Assembly (NCBI GenBank): GCA_951406725.2
Contig: OX597821.1
Span: 40,734,001-40,798,000 of the forward strand
Origin: Octopus vulgaris
Taxonomy: Eukaryota
DNA length: 64,000 nucleotides
Direction: 5' to 3'
Under the pieces are notes generated by a model, which had not been told where the DNA came from, did not search any database, and worked only from the letters and a program-made list of their open reading frames with translations. The first letter of the stretch is position 1. Each line of letters begins with the position of its first letter. A program made the position numbers and the translations under genes. This document shows positions 25,531-39,059 of this stretch, one piece after another.

Positions 25531-26396
25531 CTGCAACTAATGGCAACACCAATCACTTCCTCCCAATGAGACTGTGATGGCTTAGAAGCATACATAATGG
25601 ATTAGGAAACTTTACCATTCCAAAGAATTTATGAGGAATTCATTTGTAATATGAAAAAGAAAAAATGCTTCATAAAAAATATAGCACTAGAACACATTTG
25701 ATATTCCAATACACACACACATGTGTGCGTTTAATGTGTCCATGCATTTGTGAGTGCATGTGTGTGCACATGGACTCATGTGTATGTATGCATTTGTGTA
25801 TATGTCAGTATGTGTATGTATGTGTGTATGCATTTGTGTGTGTCAGTATGTGTGTATGTGTGAGTATATATGCATTTGTGTGTGTCAGTATGCGTGTATG
25901 TGTATGTATGTATGTATGTATGTATGTATGCATTTGTGTATATGTCAGTATGTGTGTATGTGTATGTATGTATGTATGTATGCATTTGTGTGTATGTGTG
26001 TATGTGCATATATGTGTGTGTGTGTGTGTGTGTGTACATGTGTGTCTGTTCCATCATTGTGATAGTTATTGGTTACCATTCCTATATTTCCAGGAGATGA
26101 ATTCTTGTAATAATCGAGTCTTGCCGATATTACTGACTGGACGCCATTCCTCATATTTATAGGATTCTACTTCCTATAATTTTCTTTAGTTCTTCCAAAT
26201 ACATTCATTAGATTTACAAATCATAAATTGACCATCAAAACCTGCTGCAACCAGTCTCCATCTTCACCATTCCACCCATGAATCACCTTCTGATTCTCTC
26301 CTCCACCTCTCTCTCTTTCTCTCCTCTCTCTCCCCCTCTCTCTCTTCCCCTCTCTCTCTCGCTAATTAGCTACTACTCTCCTAGTAGCAATCACTC

Positions 26397-26434
<38 letters not shown>

Positions 26435-27014
26435 ACTACTTCATTCTGTTACCTGCCGACAAAGGCACAGAGAAAAAAAAAAAGCATGAAAAAATACTCA
26501 GAAAACCAATTTTATAATTTATGATTCAGCAGAGCAAATCCATTGGTCTGTGAAATTTAATGAATTTAAGTTATTTTAAAGTAAAGTGTAGTTAAAGAGA
26601 TTTTTTAACGAAAATATCGATTTCTTTGTGACAAAGCACAAGATCTTTTTTTTTTAATTTTAGGAGAAAGAAAAAGTAGAGGAGAGAGAGAGAAACAGAG
26701 AGAGAAGGGGTTTAATCAATTTCTTCCAGCATAATATATTACTGATATATAATTTATCAATCATTACACAATGAGAAACTTAATGGAACCCAACAGGGTT
26801 GTAACTCATGGTAGTGATGTAGGGATATAGCAAAATAGTGTCTGCCAAAGAATCGGATTAGTGTTTTACTGATAATACATCTGTCTTACGATTACTCTCT
26901 TTCACACACATACACATGCACACATATGTACGCACACACACACACACACACACATCATCTGTGATAGAATCTGTGAATGTAGTCAAAGTTAAGTGAGTTA
27001 ATGTATATGCATGT

Positions 27015-27249
27015 ATATTTTTTTATTGCCCACAAGGGGCTAAATGTAGAGGGGACAAACAAGTACAGACAAAGGGATTGAGTCGATTATATCGACCCCA
27101 GTCCATAACTGGTACTTTATTTATCGACCCCGAAAGGATGAACGGCAAAGTCGACCTCGGCGGAATTTGAACTCAGAACGTAACGGTAGACTATATGCCG
27201 CAAAGCACTTTGCCTGGCGTGCTAACGTTTCTGCCAACTTGCCACCTTC
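27015..27249 (-). mobile_element. SINE family A monomer with a 15-bp TSD
   Basis: AATGTATATGCATGT at 27000-27014 and 27250-27264. Confidence 0.92.
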
Positions 27250-27479
27250 AATGTATATGCATGTTGGTGTATGATGGATGCCAACAGCTCCATAAAGTAG
27301 TGTTGATTACTCAAAGTAGATGGAACACATGGAGGTGGCAGACACAAGAAGACATGGGACGTAGTACTGCAGAACATCTTTAGGTCGCTGAACCTTTCGA
27401 GTGAAATGTCAAAGGACTGAGATTCCTGGAGCCTTGCAGAACTCAAAAGACACATACTCTGCAGCAGAAGTGTTAACAC

Positions 27480-27732
27480 CAGTCCCTCTGGTGGTGAAAA
27501 ACACTGGTGGCAATGCCATGTAAAGGCACTTTGTGACTCCATGTAAAGGCACCCGTGCAGTGCCACATAAAAGCGCCCAGCATACTCTGTAAAGTGGTTG
27601 GCATTAGGAAGGGTATCCAGTCATAGAAACCCTGCCAAATCAGACTGGAGCCTGGTGCAGATCTCTAGCCTACCAGTTTTCACTCAAACTGTCCAACACA
27701 TGCCAGCATGGAAAACAGACGTTAAAGATGAT
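27480..27732 (+). mobile_element. RTE 3'UTR/tail
   Basis: tggttggcattaggaagggtatccag..catggaaaacagacgttaaagatgat; more copies at ~29090-29290, 32410-32810, 40500-40925 and 46020-46220. Confidence 0.75.
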
Positions 27733-27753
27733 ATTGATATATATGTGTATGTG

Positions 27754-27785
<32 letters not shown>

Positions 27786-27789
<4 letters not shown>

Positions 27790-28090
27790 ACGTGATCACG
27801 TGACCGACCAGACCATCAGATGTTGTTACACATCGCTGGTCACAATGCGTTCGCATTGTTTCAGCCTTCGAATGACACCACCCCGATGGCTAAGCGAGCA
27901 GGCCAAAAGAAGAAAGCGTGAGAGAAAGAGTGGTGAAAGAGTACAGCAGGGATCACCACACCCTGCCGGAGCCTCGTGGAGCTTTTAGGTGTTTTCGCTC
28001 AATAAACACTCACAACGCCCGGTTTGGGAATCAAAACTGCAATCCTACAACCATGAGTCCGCTGCCCTAACTACTTGGCCATTGCGCCTC

Positions 28091-28093
<3 letters not shown>
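27786..28093 (-). mobile_element. tRNA-derived SINE family D, between (TA)n and (CA)n tracts
   Basis: Minus-strand head GTGGAGGCGCAATGGCC.AGT.GTTAGGGCAGCGG..GTTT.GATTCCC; copies at 37184 and 58865. Confidence 0.9.
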
Positions 28094-28182
<89 letters not shown>

Positions 28183-29354
28183 AGGAAAATGGGGATGAAA
28201 ACATGCAATCTTTCACTGCCTCCACTGTTTAATTTCCCAAATTTGTAAAGAAAACCCTTACAATTCACATGGGTATATATTAAATTTATAAAAATGAGTA
28301 AAAAATGGAGATATACAATTTTTAATTCAAAAATTAAAATTTATTAACATAATATTATATTATATTCTTATAACAACATAATATAATATAATAAATAATA
28401 AATATTAAATGCAAATAACGTACAGTTGTTTTGATTCTTACCCATAATAAAGTTATAAAAATTCATTGTTTGTGGGTAAGAATCTCTTTAGTATTGTTTT
28501 TCATATGTGAGGATTCACAGATCAAAAAAATGATTGAATTTAAATATATTTATGTTTTCAAGAATGAGCGTCAATAATTAAAAACAAAAAGAATTTTGAA
28601 TATATTATAAAATATGCAAAATAAACTAATATAACAGTCATAAAATATATTTGTATACTATTAAGTATTTTAATCTAAATATATTTTAGTGCATTAGTGT
28701 TTTTTTAAATACCAGGAATAATATTTTACTTGGTTTGATGGGTCTTCTTCCCAAGCATGACATAATGCTAAATGGACTCGGCCATTGCTTCTGTGAAACA
28801 TAGCAATGTTTGAAACACAGCAATTGTTGTGTCTGAGATGACCAGTCAAGCCAAGTGAAATTGCAGTCATAGTTGATGCTGGTGTCATGTAGCCCACATC
28901 CATTCAGGTGGCTTTTAAAAATCCCACTTCAAGCACTGAGCCTCATGAAGGCAAAGAGGTTCAGCTCCTTTTGAGTGTTAGGCCTCACAGAGGCAATGAC
29001 CAAGTCCATTAGGCCTGATGCTGTGTTTGAGAAGAAGAGCTATGAAGCCAAGTAAAATTGTAGTTATAACAGATACTGGTGTCATTCAAATGACACCCAT
29101 GCTGGTGGCACATAAAAAGCACCTTTTACATTCTCAGAGTGGTTAGCATTAGGAAGGGCATCCAGTTGTAGAAACTATGCCAGAACAGACTGCAGTTTGG
29201 TGCAGTGTTCCAGCATGCTAGCCCTGGTCAAACCGTCCAACCCATGCCAGCATGGATAATGGGTGTTAAATGATGATGATGATGATGATGAAGATGTTGA
29301 CATATACATATATGTGTATATATATATATATGTGTATATATATATATATGTATG

Positions 29355-29394
<40 letters not shown>

Positions 29395-30019
29395 TGTGTG
29401 TGTGTGTGTGTGTGTGTATGTGTGTGTGTGTGTATATATATATATATTTGTATATGTAAAAATACAAACTGGGACAAGAACGCAAAACATTTAGAAGACG
29501 ATACAAAAACACAGACGGGACATTTGAAGCCTTCAATCTTCAGTCAAGGATCATCCTGCAATTTCGCTGATTAATCTTGAGAGTGCTCTGACCTGGCCAG
29601 CCTCAAAGGAAAATCTAAGCCAAATGCATTAAATTCTGGAAGAAAGCCTCAAATGTACACAAAACAAGGACGTGAATGAATAAGAATACAAAAATACGTA
29701 AAAATAATAATGATAACACGAAATATATATATAAGTATATATATATATATATATATATATATGCATAGATGATGATGAGGATAATGATGATGATGGTGGT
29801 GGTGGTGGACGATGACAAAGACAATGCTGATGATGTTGGCAATGATAATCATGAAGATGGTGATGATGATGAAGATGAATAATAATGATTTAAAGGCTAA
29901 TTTGAATGTAACTGAGCTGTTATTTCTAGCAGATTGAGCTAAGAATTAGAAACTTCCTCATTACAACAAGTGTAAAAAGAGCATTTAGATGGAAAGGAGT
30001 GAAGGAAACAGAAGCAGAA

Positions 30020-30251
30020 CATTAATCCCTCGACTATCGTGGGTGTTATGTTCCAAAACCTCCCGTGATAGGTGAAAATCCATTATGTAGAAACAGAACT
30101 GTATATATTCTTTTTTATCATTTTTATAATTTGTATATATTTATTATTATGAATGCAAAACAACACCACGGGGCAATCGACGTAAGCTTAAATAATAAAC
30201 TGTGATGGGTGAACTGTGATCAGTGAACCGCGAAATGGTGAGGGATTACTG
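30020..30251. mobile_element. pogo/Tigger-like MITE
   Basis: Ends CA(T)TAATCCCTCG and GAGGGATTACTG, i.e. CAGT-type TIRs. Confidence 0.7.
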
Positions 30252-31369
30252 TTTTTAGTTGTGAAATGGTACAGAGAAATTATTTGCTTAATTAAAAAGC
30301 TAATCCAATGACACACTTTCTTTACGGCAGATAATTCATATTAACTGTTCATATTAATTGTTCGTATTAATTGTTCAGGTTAATTGTTTACGTTAATTGT
30401 TACCAAAATGTAATATGATTGTTGTGTATGCGTGGGACATCATTCGTACAAACTGATTATTACCGCAAGTTTTCTGTGTGACATGGGAACATAACCACAC
30501 TTTTACATGAGTAGATTGATTGAAATGATCCAATCAATAATTGGTGCTCATTTTATGAACCCAGTGAAATGACTAGTAAACTCAGATATGGCAGGATTTG
30601 AAACTAAAATCATCACAAATGAAATTGACTGCAACACTCTACTACTTCTACTAATCTATAGGATTAGAGGTGCATATTACTGTCAATTATTTAACAAATA
30701 ATATTCAAGGTAAGTAACGGTAGTCTTCATTAACAAGACTCATTTTAGTAACATCCCAAAACTTGTGGTCTTTAAGTGTTTTGTATGAATTTACTGTTTA
30801 ACTCCTTTACATGTTTCAGTTATTAGACTTCTGCCATACTAAAGCACTGCATTGTAGTGTCAGGTGAACAAATTGACCCCAGTACTTATTTTAAGTCTGC
30901 TACTAATTCTGTTGGACTTTGCCAAACTACTAAGTTATGAGTGTAAACAAATCAATGATAATTGTCAAATACTGATAGTACAAACACAAACACAAAGACG
31001 CACACTAACATACACACACACATACATACATACATACATACATACATACATGCATACATACATACATACATACATACATACATACATACATACATACATA
31101 CATGTATATATGTATCTGTATACAGCAAGCTTCCATATCATTTCCATCTTCCAAATTCAGTCACACGGCATCGGTCAGCTGAGGGCTATAATAGAAGTAC
31201 CATGTAGTAGGACTAAACCTGGAACCATGTGTTGGCAAAGCAAACTTCATAACCAAACAGCCTTGCCTGTGCTTATAAGAGATAATTGATATTTCGGTAA
31301 TTAGAGTTGAAATTAACCAGCATTCCATCAGTTACAATGATAAGCATTCCTGTTCATATGAACTACTGG

Positions 31370-31622
31370 TGAAATTAACATGCAAATGGCTGAGTACTCC
31401 ACAGACATGCATACCCTTAATGTAGTTCTCAGGGAGATTCAGTGTGACACAATGTAACAATACTGGCCCTTTGAATTACAGATACAACTCATTTTTGCCA
31501 GCTGAGTGAACAGGAGCAATGTGAAATAAAGTGTCTTGCTCAAGGACACAATGCCAGGAATTGAACTGACAACCTTACAATTGTGAGCTGAATGCCCTAA
31601 CCACTAAGCCACGTCCCTTCAT
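31370..31622 (-). mobile_element. tRNA-derived SINE family E
   Basis: Minus head GTGGCTTAGTGGTTAGGGCA..GTTCAATTCC then TGTGTCCTTGAGCAAGACACTT; related copies at 35885-36140 and ~37925-38158. Confidence 0.8.
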
Positions 31623-33799
31623 GTAAGATTGAAATCTTCAATAGTTTATTTCCTCAACACAAAATTTGGTTAATTTCCATTTGTTTCATAATAGTGTCTT
31701 ACATTAACAAAAGACACGAAATTTGCAGATAATACCATTCTAAATGGAATTTTATCTTAATTCCTGCCTAGTACTTCTAAGAAAATCACATTTAAACCCT
31801 TCCCTCTAAGGTTTGAACTCACAATTCAGAGATACAAAATTTATTTCTTTTGCATCGTAGGTAATTTATAATTTTATTTTGTATCACGGATGTTCACTCT
31901 GGACAATCTATTACAATGGAAGGCCTTGATCTCAGTCGTGATCTTCTCCTGTTGCTGCCTCTAGGTATCCAACTTTATAAAATAAATGTTTCAATGTGTG
32001 TCATCACTGAAAACAAAAATCAATCTTGTTTCATTCACTCACATTAGGTAATACTGTTACAGTCTAGATTGTTGCAGTTGCTGTTATTGTTTGATGTTAT
32101 TATTGTTGTTGTTGTTGAGCCGTAGGTCATCTTTGATTGACTGTCCTATTGTCAAAGGCATTCCATCATTTGCATATCTATGATTACATTTTTTAATGTG
32201 CTTCCTTCTTTTGAAGACAGTATAATTTGAAGTATATTTGGCTGCTGTTTCTAGCAGATTGAGTTAGAGTATAGAAAATACAGTTTTGATGAGTGATGTG
32301 ATTATTGCGCAGTTATTTTCTCTTAGAATGTTATCATTCAAAATAGGTGACTAATTTCATTTTAATTGTATGTTTTCGGAGATAACCCCACTCCCTGGGG
32401 AAATTGGTTCTATGGCACTTGTGCCAGTGGAACGTTAAAAGCACATTCGAATATGGAGTGTAACCAGCCCACTTATGAGTACCCCTCATCCATTGGACAA
32501 TAAACTTTGCTTGCAAAGACCTATTGAGGCGAGTGTAAACAAATCAAAATCGCTGACATGGCCAATGACAGTACCACTTGATTGGCACTCATGCCAGTGG
32601 AATGTTAAAAGAACATCCGAGCATGGTCAATGCCAGTGCCACCGGACTGGCTCCCATGCAGGTAGCACATAAAAAACACCTTTTAAGCATGGCCATTGCC
32701 AGAACCTCCTGACTGGCCCTCGTGCTGGTGGCACAAAAAAAGCACCCACTACACTCTCGGAATGGTTGACATTAGGAAGGGCATCCAGCTGTAGAAACTT
32801 TGCCTGAGACTGTGACAGATGGTTCCTGCCCCAGAGAACAAGCAGTATGATTGTAGTTGAAGCCATATCATTGGTTTATCATCAGTTTGAGTTTCAATTT
32901 TACCAGAGTGTTTGGTGGTGTTATGCCAATGTTATAAATTGGGCCAATTACAGTAACATTATATAGCACCAAGCAATGAATGGTAAATACAAAGAAATGT
33001 GTTAGAAAGAAAATAAATACTCCAGTCATTATGAAAGGGGATTATACATGTATAACTGGATCTTGCATAAAAATAAGCGATTTAATTGTTGTTGTTCCAA
33101 TTATTGCCATCAAGTAGATTTAATCAGCATTAAATTGACACATGGCACCAATATAAAAAAAATGTCACTGCCTCTGAAGACTCCAAGAACTTTTAATGGG
33201 TTGATGATGTTTTCTGATTTGTTGATATTAAGCAGAAGCAAATCTTCAATTTGATAAGACATTTGTTGATCTCAGAAATATTTCCAGAAGATCCAATATT
33301 CTCAGCAGAGAAGCGGAACCAAAACAATAAGAGTTTGTATACATAATGGTAAAGAAGTTTGCTTCAGGATCATGAGGCTTTGGACGCAATTCTACTGCAT
33401 AGCAACATGAGCAATTCTTATTAACAACAGCCATGGGTCAACCCAAAGCTTTTAAGTGAAACTGGATATGTGGAAACTGTGTGGAAGCCTGTCAGATGGA
33501 TTGTGATTCCAAGAGCCAGCTATGTCACATAGATTCACACACAGATTCACATGTGAGTGGATTTACCCAACAAGTACATGTGTCTATGGTATACTTTGCT
33601 GCTTACATTCTATGACTTTGTTTGGTTGATTAAACGCCTGAATATACAGAGTGGGACAAAAGTCATGCACCAAAACATGTTGTTATTATTATTACCTCCA
33701 CCTTAGCGAAGGCAGAGGTTTTGTGTTCAGTCATGTTTGTCTGTTTGTTTGTCCGTGGACAAGATATCTCAAGAACCACTGGATGGATTCGAATGAAAC

Positions 33800-34490
33800 T
33801 GTCTTTTCCTTCGATTTCTCTGAGGTATTGTCCATGCAGTGATTTCATTTTCCAATCGTTTACTCTTTCTTCATCTTGTTTCTGAAATGTTTATTGGGTT
33901 CATCACATTTTCGGTAGGTATTATATTGTTAATTCTAACAGCAGCAAGCAAGGATTCACACAGCTGTTTGATATACCATCCCAGACTGTTCTTCTCATTG
34001 ACATTCTCTTGCATTCTATGAGACCTCTTCCACCCTTATTTCTAGGCACATACACTCTGTCAGTATTGCTTTTGGAGTGTAGCTCCTTGTTAATTGTCAT
34101 CACTTCTCTAGTTTTCTTGTCCATTTTCTCAAGCTCATTCTTTGTCCACCTAACAACACCTGCACCACATCGCATTAAGGAAACTGCCCATGTGTTCATT
34201 GTCCTGATTTTGTTTTATTCTATTCAGTCTACTTCCCATAATTAACTTGGGTCTTCTGATATATTCCTGCCTAAAAGTTTCTTTCATTTCATTTTCCTTG
34301 ATTTTGTCACATTCTAAAACCCCCAGTTATTTATATCCAATAGTCTCAATATTGTTGATTTTCTTGCCATTGGGTTGTTCTACACCATCAGACAACACTA
34401 CTTTGCCTCTTTGTATTATAAGAATACCACACTTTTTAGTCCCAAATTCCATTCCGATATCCTTACTGAATATCTGCACTGTTGAAACTA
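33800..34490 (-). mobile_element. R4/Dong-like LINE, RT-thumb fragment
   Basis: NTWAVSLMRCGAGVVRWTKNELEKMDKKTR..LHSKSNTDRVYVPRNKGGRGL and LHGQYLR. Confidence 0.85.
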
Positions 34491-34499
34491 GGCCATTTA

Positions 34500-35222
34500 T
34501 TATTATTATTATTATTATCTTTGCCTTTGCACAGCTTCTAACACCGGAGGTGTACTGCAGCCTCAGCTGTTCACTACCAGTGAACTAAGGTAACACTTCT
34601 TATTTTTTGAGCACCTTTCAGAGTATTTGAGCGGTTCCAAGCAGTGTTGTTTTCTGCAAGTGCTCTGCCCTTATTGCAGCCCCTATTTGTTCCATGTACT
34701 TCTCAAGATTTTTACTCACTGTTCCCAGGGCTCCAACAATTACTGGTACTAATACCACCTTTTTCATTGACCACAACTGCTTAACCTCCCAAGTTAACCT
34801 GTCATGTCTATCGATTTTTCTTTCTTCTTTTTAGCATACCTTGTTGTCAGCTGAGCATGCTATATCTATGATTCAGCATAGTTTGTTTTCTTTCTCAATT
34901 AAGACTGTGTCTGGTTTCTATTCTCTATCTCATGGTTGCTCTGAATCATTAAAATCCCATAGGATCTCTGCATTATCGTTTTCTGTGATGCCTTTGGGTT
35001 TATGTTCATACCACTTTTTAGCTCTGTCAAGTCCATACTTGTTGCAAAGTGTCCAATGGACAATCTTTTCTATATTTTCATGATGTCTCTTATGTTCTTT
35101 CTGCGTTAGTGGCATACATTGGCTGGTAATATGCCATATGGTTTCACCATTTTGTCCACAGATTCTGCACTTATCACTTTCTGATGTGCGGTCTATTTTG
35201 CATTTGATGTAATTGGCTCTGA
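34500..35222 (-). mobile_element. R4/Dong-like LINE 3' end (CCHC knuckle plus RLE domain) ending in (AAT)n
   Basis: CRICGQNGETIWHITSQC, RH, WYEHKP..ILWDF; 3' end shared with 57346-57925. Confidence 0.9.
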
Positions 35223-35230
35223 TCATCAAT

Positions 35231-35276
<46 letters not shown>

Positions 35277-35884
35277 CCATCACCATCACCACCACCATCA
35301 CCACCACCATCACCATCACCACCATCACCACCACCACCATCATCGTCATCATCATCATCATCATTTCCATCACCATCACCACCACCATCATCATCATCAT
35401 TATCACCATACCCACCATGACTATCAACATTACCACCACCATCATCATCATCGTTTATTTTGCTCATCATATAGTGTGTATTCATTACTGTTCTTGATTT
35501 ATTTTACTCAATCTTAGAAAAATCGACGCATATCTTTGACAATTCCTGAGGGTATTGAATATATTTTCCTGGTCGTGATGGTGCATCAGTAGAACTCTCA
35601 CTGACACCATCGACCAAAATCCTTCTGGAAAAGCCATATCGCATACAGCAGTTGGTCAATTAGTCCAAACATTTCGTGCAATGGGTAGTGTGCACAACAA
35701 ATACCGAATTGGTTGTCCTGTGGTATCAAACGAGACATACATATCTGCAATAAACAAGTTTCAAAAATGTCCAAAAAAAAAAATCAGTACAAAGATCATC
35801 ACAGGAAATTGGTATTCCTCATGCAACAATGCAACAAATAATAAAAGCCGCAGACGGTGAACAATTTGAATACTTGTGATCATA

Positions 35885-36140
35885 AAAAAAATAATAAATG
35901 TTCCTTCTCGAGCCATGCCAGGCTCATAAGGGCCGGTTTCTCGGTTTCAGTGGCATAGAAATTCCCCACCTGGATGGGATGCCAGTCTGTCGCAGAGTTA
36001 CTCATTTTTGCCAGCTGAGTAGACTGGAGCAACGTGAAAATGAAGTGTTTTGCTCAAGAACACAACACATCGCCCAGTCCAGGAATCGAAACCACAACCT
36101 TATGATCATGAGTTCAACACACTCAGCCATGTGCCTTCAC
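35885..36140 (-). mobile_element. SINE (family E-related) with a 13-bp TSD
   Basis: ACTTGTGATCATA at 35872-35884 and 36141-36153. Confidence 0.88.
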
Positions 36141-37139
36141 ACTTGTGATCATACTGTTGACATTTTCTGATCTGTTTTGCTTTGTAATTAAATGTAAAAT
36201 ATTGCTTTTGAAATGTGCAATATTTATTAAATGTGTTTTAATCTTGGTGCATGACCTGTGGCCCACTCTTACCCTTTTCAAATATACCACAAAGGGCGTG
36301 AGAAATATTTGAACTCAAAACCTATCTGTTTGCATATTCAATCAGCAAATACCATTTCTATAGCGAACAGAGGAATCTCATCAAAGAATTTTTTGACTCA
36401 GTTCCTTTTTGTAACTATATTTTGTATGCAACAAAACTTCCCTACGATTTAGGACTTAAAATACACAGTCCCCATTTTATGGATGTTTATGGGTTTTCTG
36501 AGGGAACTCCATCTACTCTGTAGATCAGTTCAGCTGACAACAATAGAGAAGCTTTCTCTATGTTTATTGCTGGTCCGAGCCTTGTCGTCCAGTTGAACGA
36601 ACAGGTCAGTATGTTATCCATTTATGTTACATTGTCATTATATAATTTTATTCAATTGATTTAGTCATCATCATGTCTGGTCACTCTACAACAGAATAGT
36701 TAAACTGCCTAGTTCAAAGATACAGCTTCCTTATATACTCTATACAGAGTCTATCTACGAGATATGGTCACTGCACAAGAAAGATAAATTACAAAATTTT
36801 CTGCTTGATTGATACAGGATTTCCATTGCGTATTTTCAACATAAATTACTTTACTGTTCTAGATAATGTCAACAGTTTTCGTTTCATCTTTAGTTTCCCT
36901 CAATGTTCTATCACTGATTTTATTATCAGCGTTGCTGATAGTATCCTATTCATATCATGTCAACATCTTTATGTTTTTGTGTATGTAACCGTGTATGCGT
37001 GAACGTATAAATGTGTGTACCACTCTCTTCTCCCACCTCTCTCTCTCTCTCTCACTCTCTATGCACATATAATTTTCTACATATATATGTGTGTGTATGT
37101 GTGAGTATATATATACATACATACACACACATACATACA

Positions 37140-37183
<44 letters not shown>

Positions 37184-37186
<3 letters not shown>

Positions 37187-37498
37187 CACTGTGATCACCG
37201 TGACCGACCAGGCTATCAGATGTTGCTACACATCGCTGATCACAATGCGCTTTGCATTGTTTTAGCCTTCAAATGATGCCACTCCGGTCGCTAAGCGAGC
37301 AGGCCAACAGAAGAAAGAGTGAGAGAAAGTTGTGGTGAAAGAGTACAGTAGGGATTGCCACCACCCCTCTGCCAGAGCCTCATGGAGCTTTAGGTGTTTT
37401 CGCTCAATAAACACTCACAATGCCTGGTCTGGAAATCGAAACCGCAATCCTACGACCGCAAATCCACTGCCCTAACCACTGGGCCATTGTGCCTCCAC
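37184..37498 (-). mobile_element. SINE family D
   Basis: Collinear with the 27786 copy; (TA)n flanks. Confidence 0.9.
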
Positions 37499-37634
37499 AT
37501 ATATATAATTACATATATATATATATATATATACACGTTTACACGTGTGTGTGGGTGTGTGTGTGTGTACATATGGAAGAGGGAGACCCAGGAAGACATG
37601 GAACAAAATACTGAAGGCCAATTTCGAGATACTG

Positions 37635-37926
37635 AGCCTTACAGAGAGGATGACTAAGGACCAAGATATCTAGCACACTGCTATACCCAGTGCTGGTGCC
37701 ATGTTGAAAGCACTGGCACTGGGGCCATATCAAAAGCACCCTGTACACTCTATGGATTAGTTGGCATTAAGAAGGGCAACCAGCCGTAGAAACCATGCTA
37801 AAACTGATGTGGCCCCTGGCTTACCAGTACTGGTCAAACTGTCTAGCCATGCTAGCATGGAAAATGAACATTAAATGATGATGATGATGATGATGATGAC
37901 AACGATATAAAAAAAAAGGACCAAAG
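37635..37926. repeat. Arm 1 of a ~290-bp inverted duplication (RTE tail plus unique flank)
   Basis: Reverse complement of 41297-41590, including post-tail ATATAAAAAAAAAGGACCAAAG. Confidence 0.9.
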
Positions 37927-38179
37927 GCCCTTCCCGAGCCATAGGGTCATAAGGACAGTTTCCCATGTCTTGTGGCTACAGGATCTGGGAAACTGGTTGG
38001 GATGTCGGTCTGATGCAAGATTAATCATTTTTGTCAGCTTGGGGGAACTGGAGTAACGTGAAGTGAAATGTCTTGCTCAAGAACACAGCACATTGCCCAG
38101 GAATCGAAATCACACTCTTACAATCTATCATGAGTACAATATCCTAACCACTAAGTCACACACACACACACATATGTAT

Positions 38180-38439
38180 AATCATCATCATCATCATCCT
38201 CATCTTCTTCCTCCTCCTCCTCTCCTCCTCCTCCTCCTCCTCCTCCTCCTCCTCCTCCTCCTCCTCCTCCTCATCATCATCTTCTTCCTCCTCCTCCTGC
38301 TCCTCATCATCATCATCATCATCTTCTTCCTCCTCCTCCTCCTCATCATCATCATCATCTTCTTCCTCCTCCTCCTCCTCCTCCTCATCATCATCATCTT
38401 CTTCCTCCTCCTCCTCCTCCTCCTCATCATCATCATCTT

Positions 38440-38470
<31 letters not shown>

Positions 38471-38620
38471 ATCATCTTCTTCCTCCTCCTCCTCCTCCCC
38501 CTCCCCCTCATCATCATCATCATCTTCCTCTCCCTCCTCCTCCTCCTCCTCATCATCATCATCATCCTCATCATCATCATCATCTTCATCATCATCATCA
38601 TCATCATTATCACCACCACT
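38180..38620. repeat. Compound (CCT)n(CAT)n(CTT)n trinucleotide array with higher-order units
   Basis: Direct inspection; generates the poly-L/I, poly-D/E and poly-R/M ORFs. Confidence 0.95.
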
Positions 38621-39059
38621 GCTTTTAGCATTCACTTTTCCATGCTTGCATGAGTTAGAATTTATTGCACACATATTTTATGCTTGGATGAACGTACACA
38701 CAAACACACAACTGCACTCACACAAACAAATATTATAATGTGCCTATCTGTCATTTAAGTTATTTTCAGTATGATATCATTGGTAATATTTCATTCCAGT
38801 TCTATTTCCTTCACGTTTTACGTTATTGTCTTTGCTCTAATTAATTTCAAACTAATGATTAGAACCTGTGTATGTTTGTGTGTACAATGTCAGTTTCAAA
38901 ATATGACTAAAACCAGTGCAAGAAATACTGACCGATTCACTTGACCGATTCCATAGGGAAGACAGAGCTGCAGCTTGTAATTGTGCTTGTCTGCATATAT
39001 ACATATATGTGTATGCTTATACACACACACACACATATATATGTATGTATGTATGTATA

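Larger units (their letters stand above)
33647..36269 (+). mobile_element. Internally deleted Tc1/mariner element (both TIRs) hosting nested insertions
   Basis: TA|CAGAGTGGGACAAAAGTCATGCACCAA vs TTGGTGCATGACCTGTGGCCCACTCT; remnant at 35630-35879 reads VGQLVQTFRAMGSVHNKYRIGCP..EIGIPHATMQQII fused to C-terminal ADGEQFEYL*. Confidence 0.8.

Noticed and set aside
26070-26180. Protein-like frames on both strands (EMNSCNNRVLP; EEWRPVSNIGKTRLLQEF)
   Set aside because: The plus frame stops without a donor, and the minus frame has a purine-rich, poor acceptor.
27990-28093. tRNA genes at SINE B, D and E heads
   Set aside because: A/B boxes are present but there is no full cloverleaf, and each continues into a SINE body.
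31880-32010. Non-repetitive patch with a strong minus-strand acceptor and frame WIPRGSNRRRSRLRSRPSIVIDCPE*
   Set aside because: All three frames after the strong acceptor hit stops quickly; cannot support coding, though a non-coding exon is not excluded.
33190-33330. WVDDVF as a Penelope RT catalytic motif
   Set aside because: Flanked by stops, with no convincing neighbouring RT motifs.
38063-38674. Poly-D/E, poly-L/I and poly-R/M ORFs of 140-200 aa
   Set aside because: Trinucleotide array open in several frames on both strands; an artefact.
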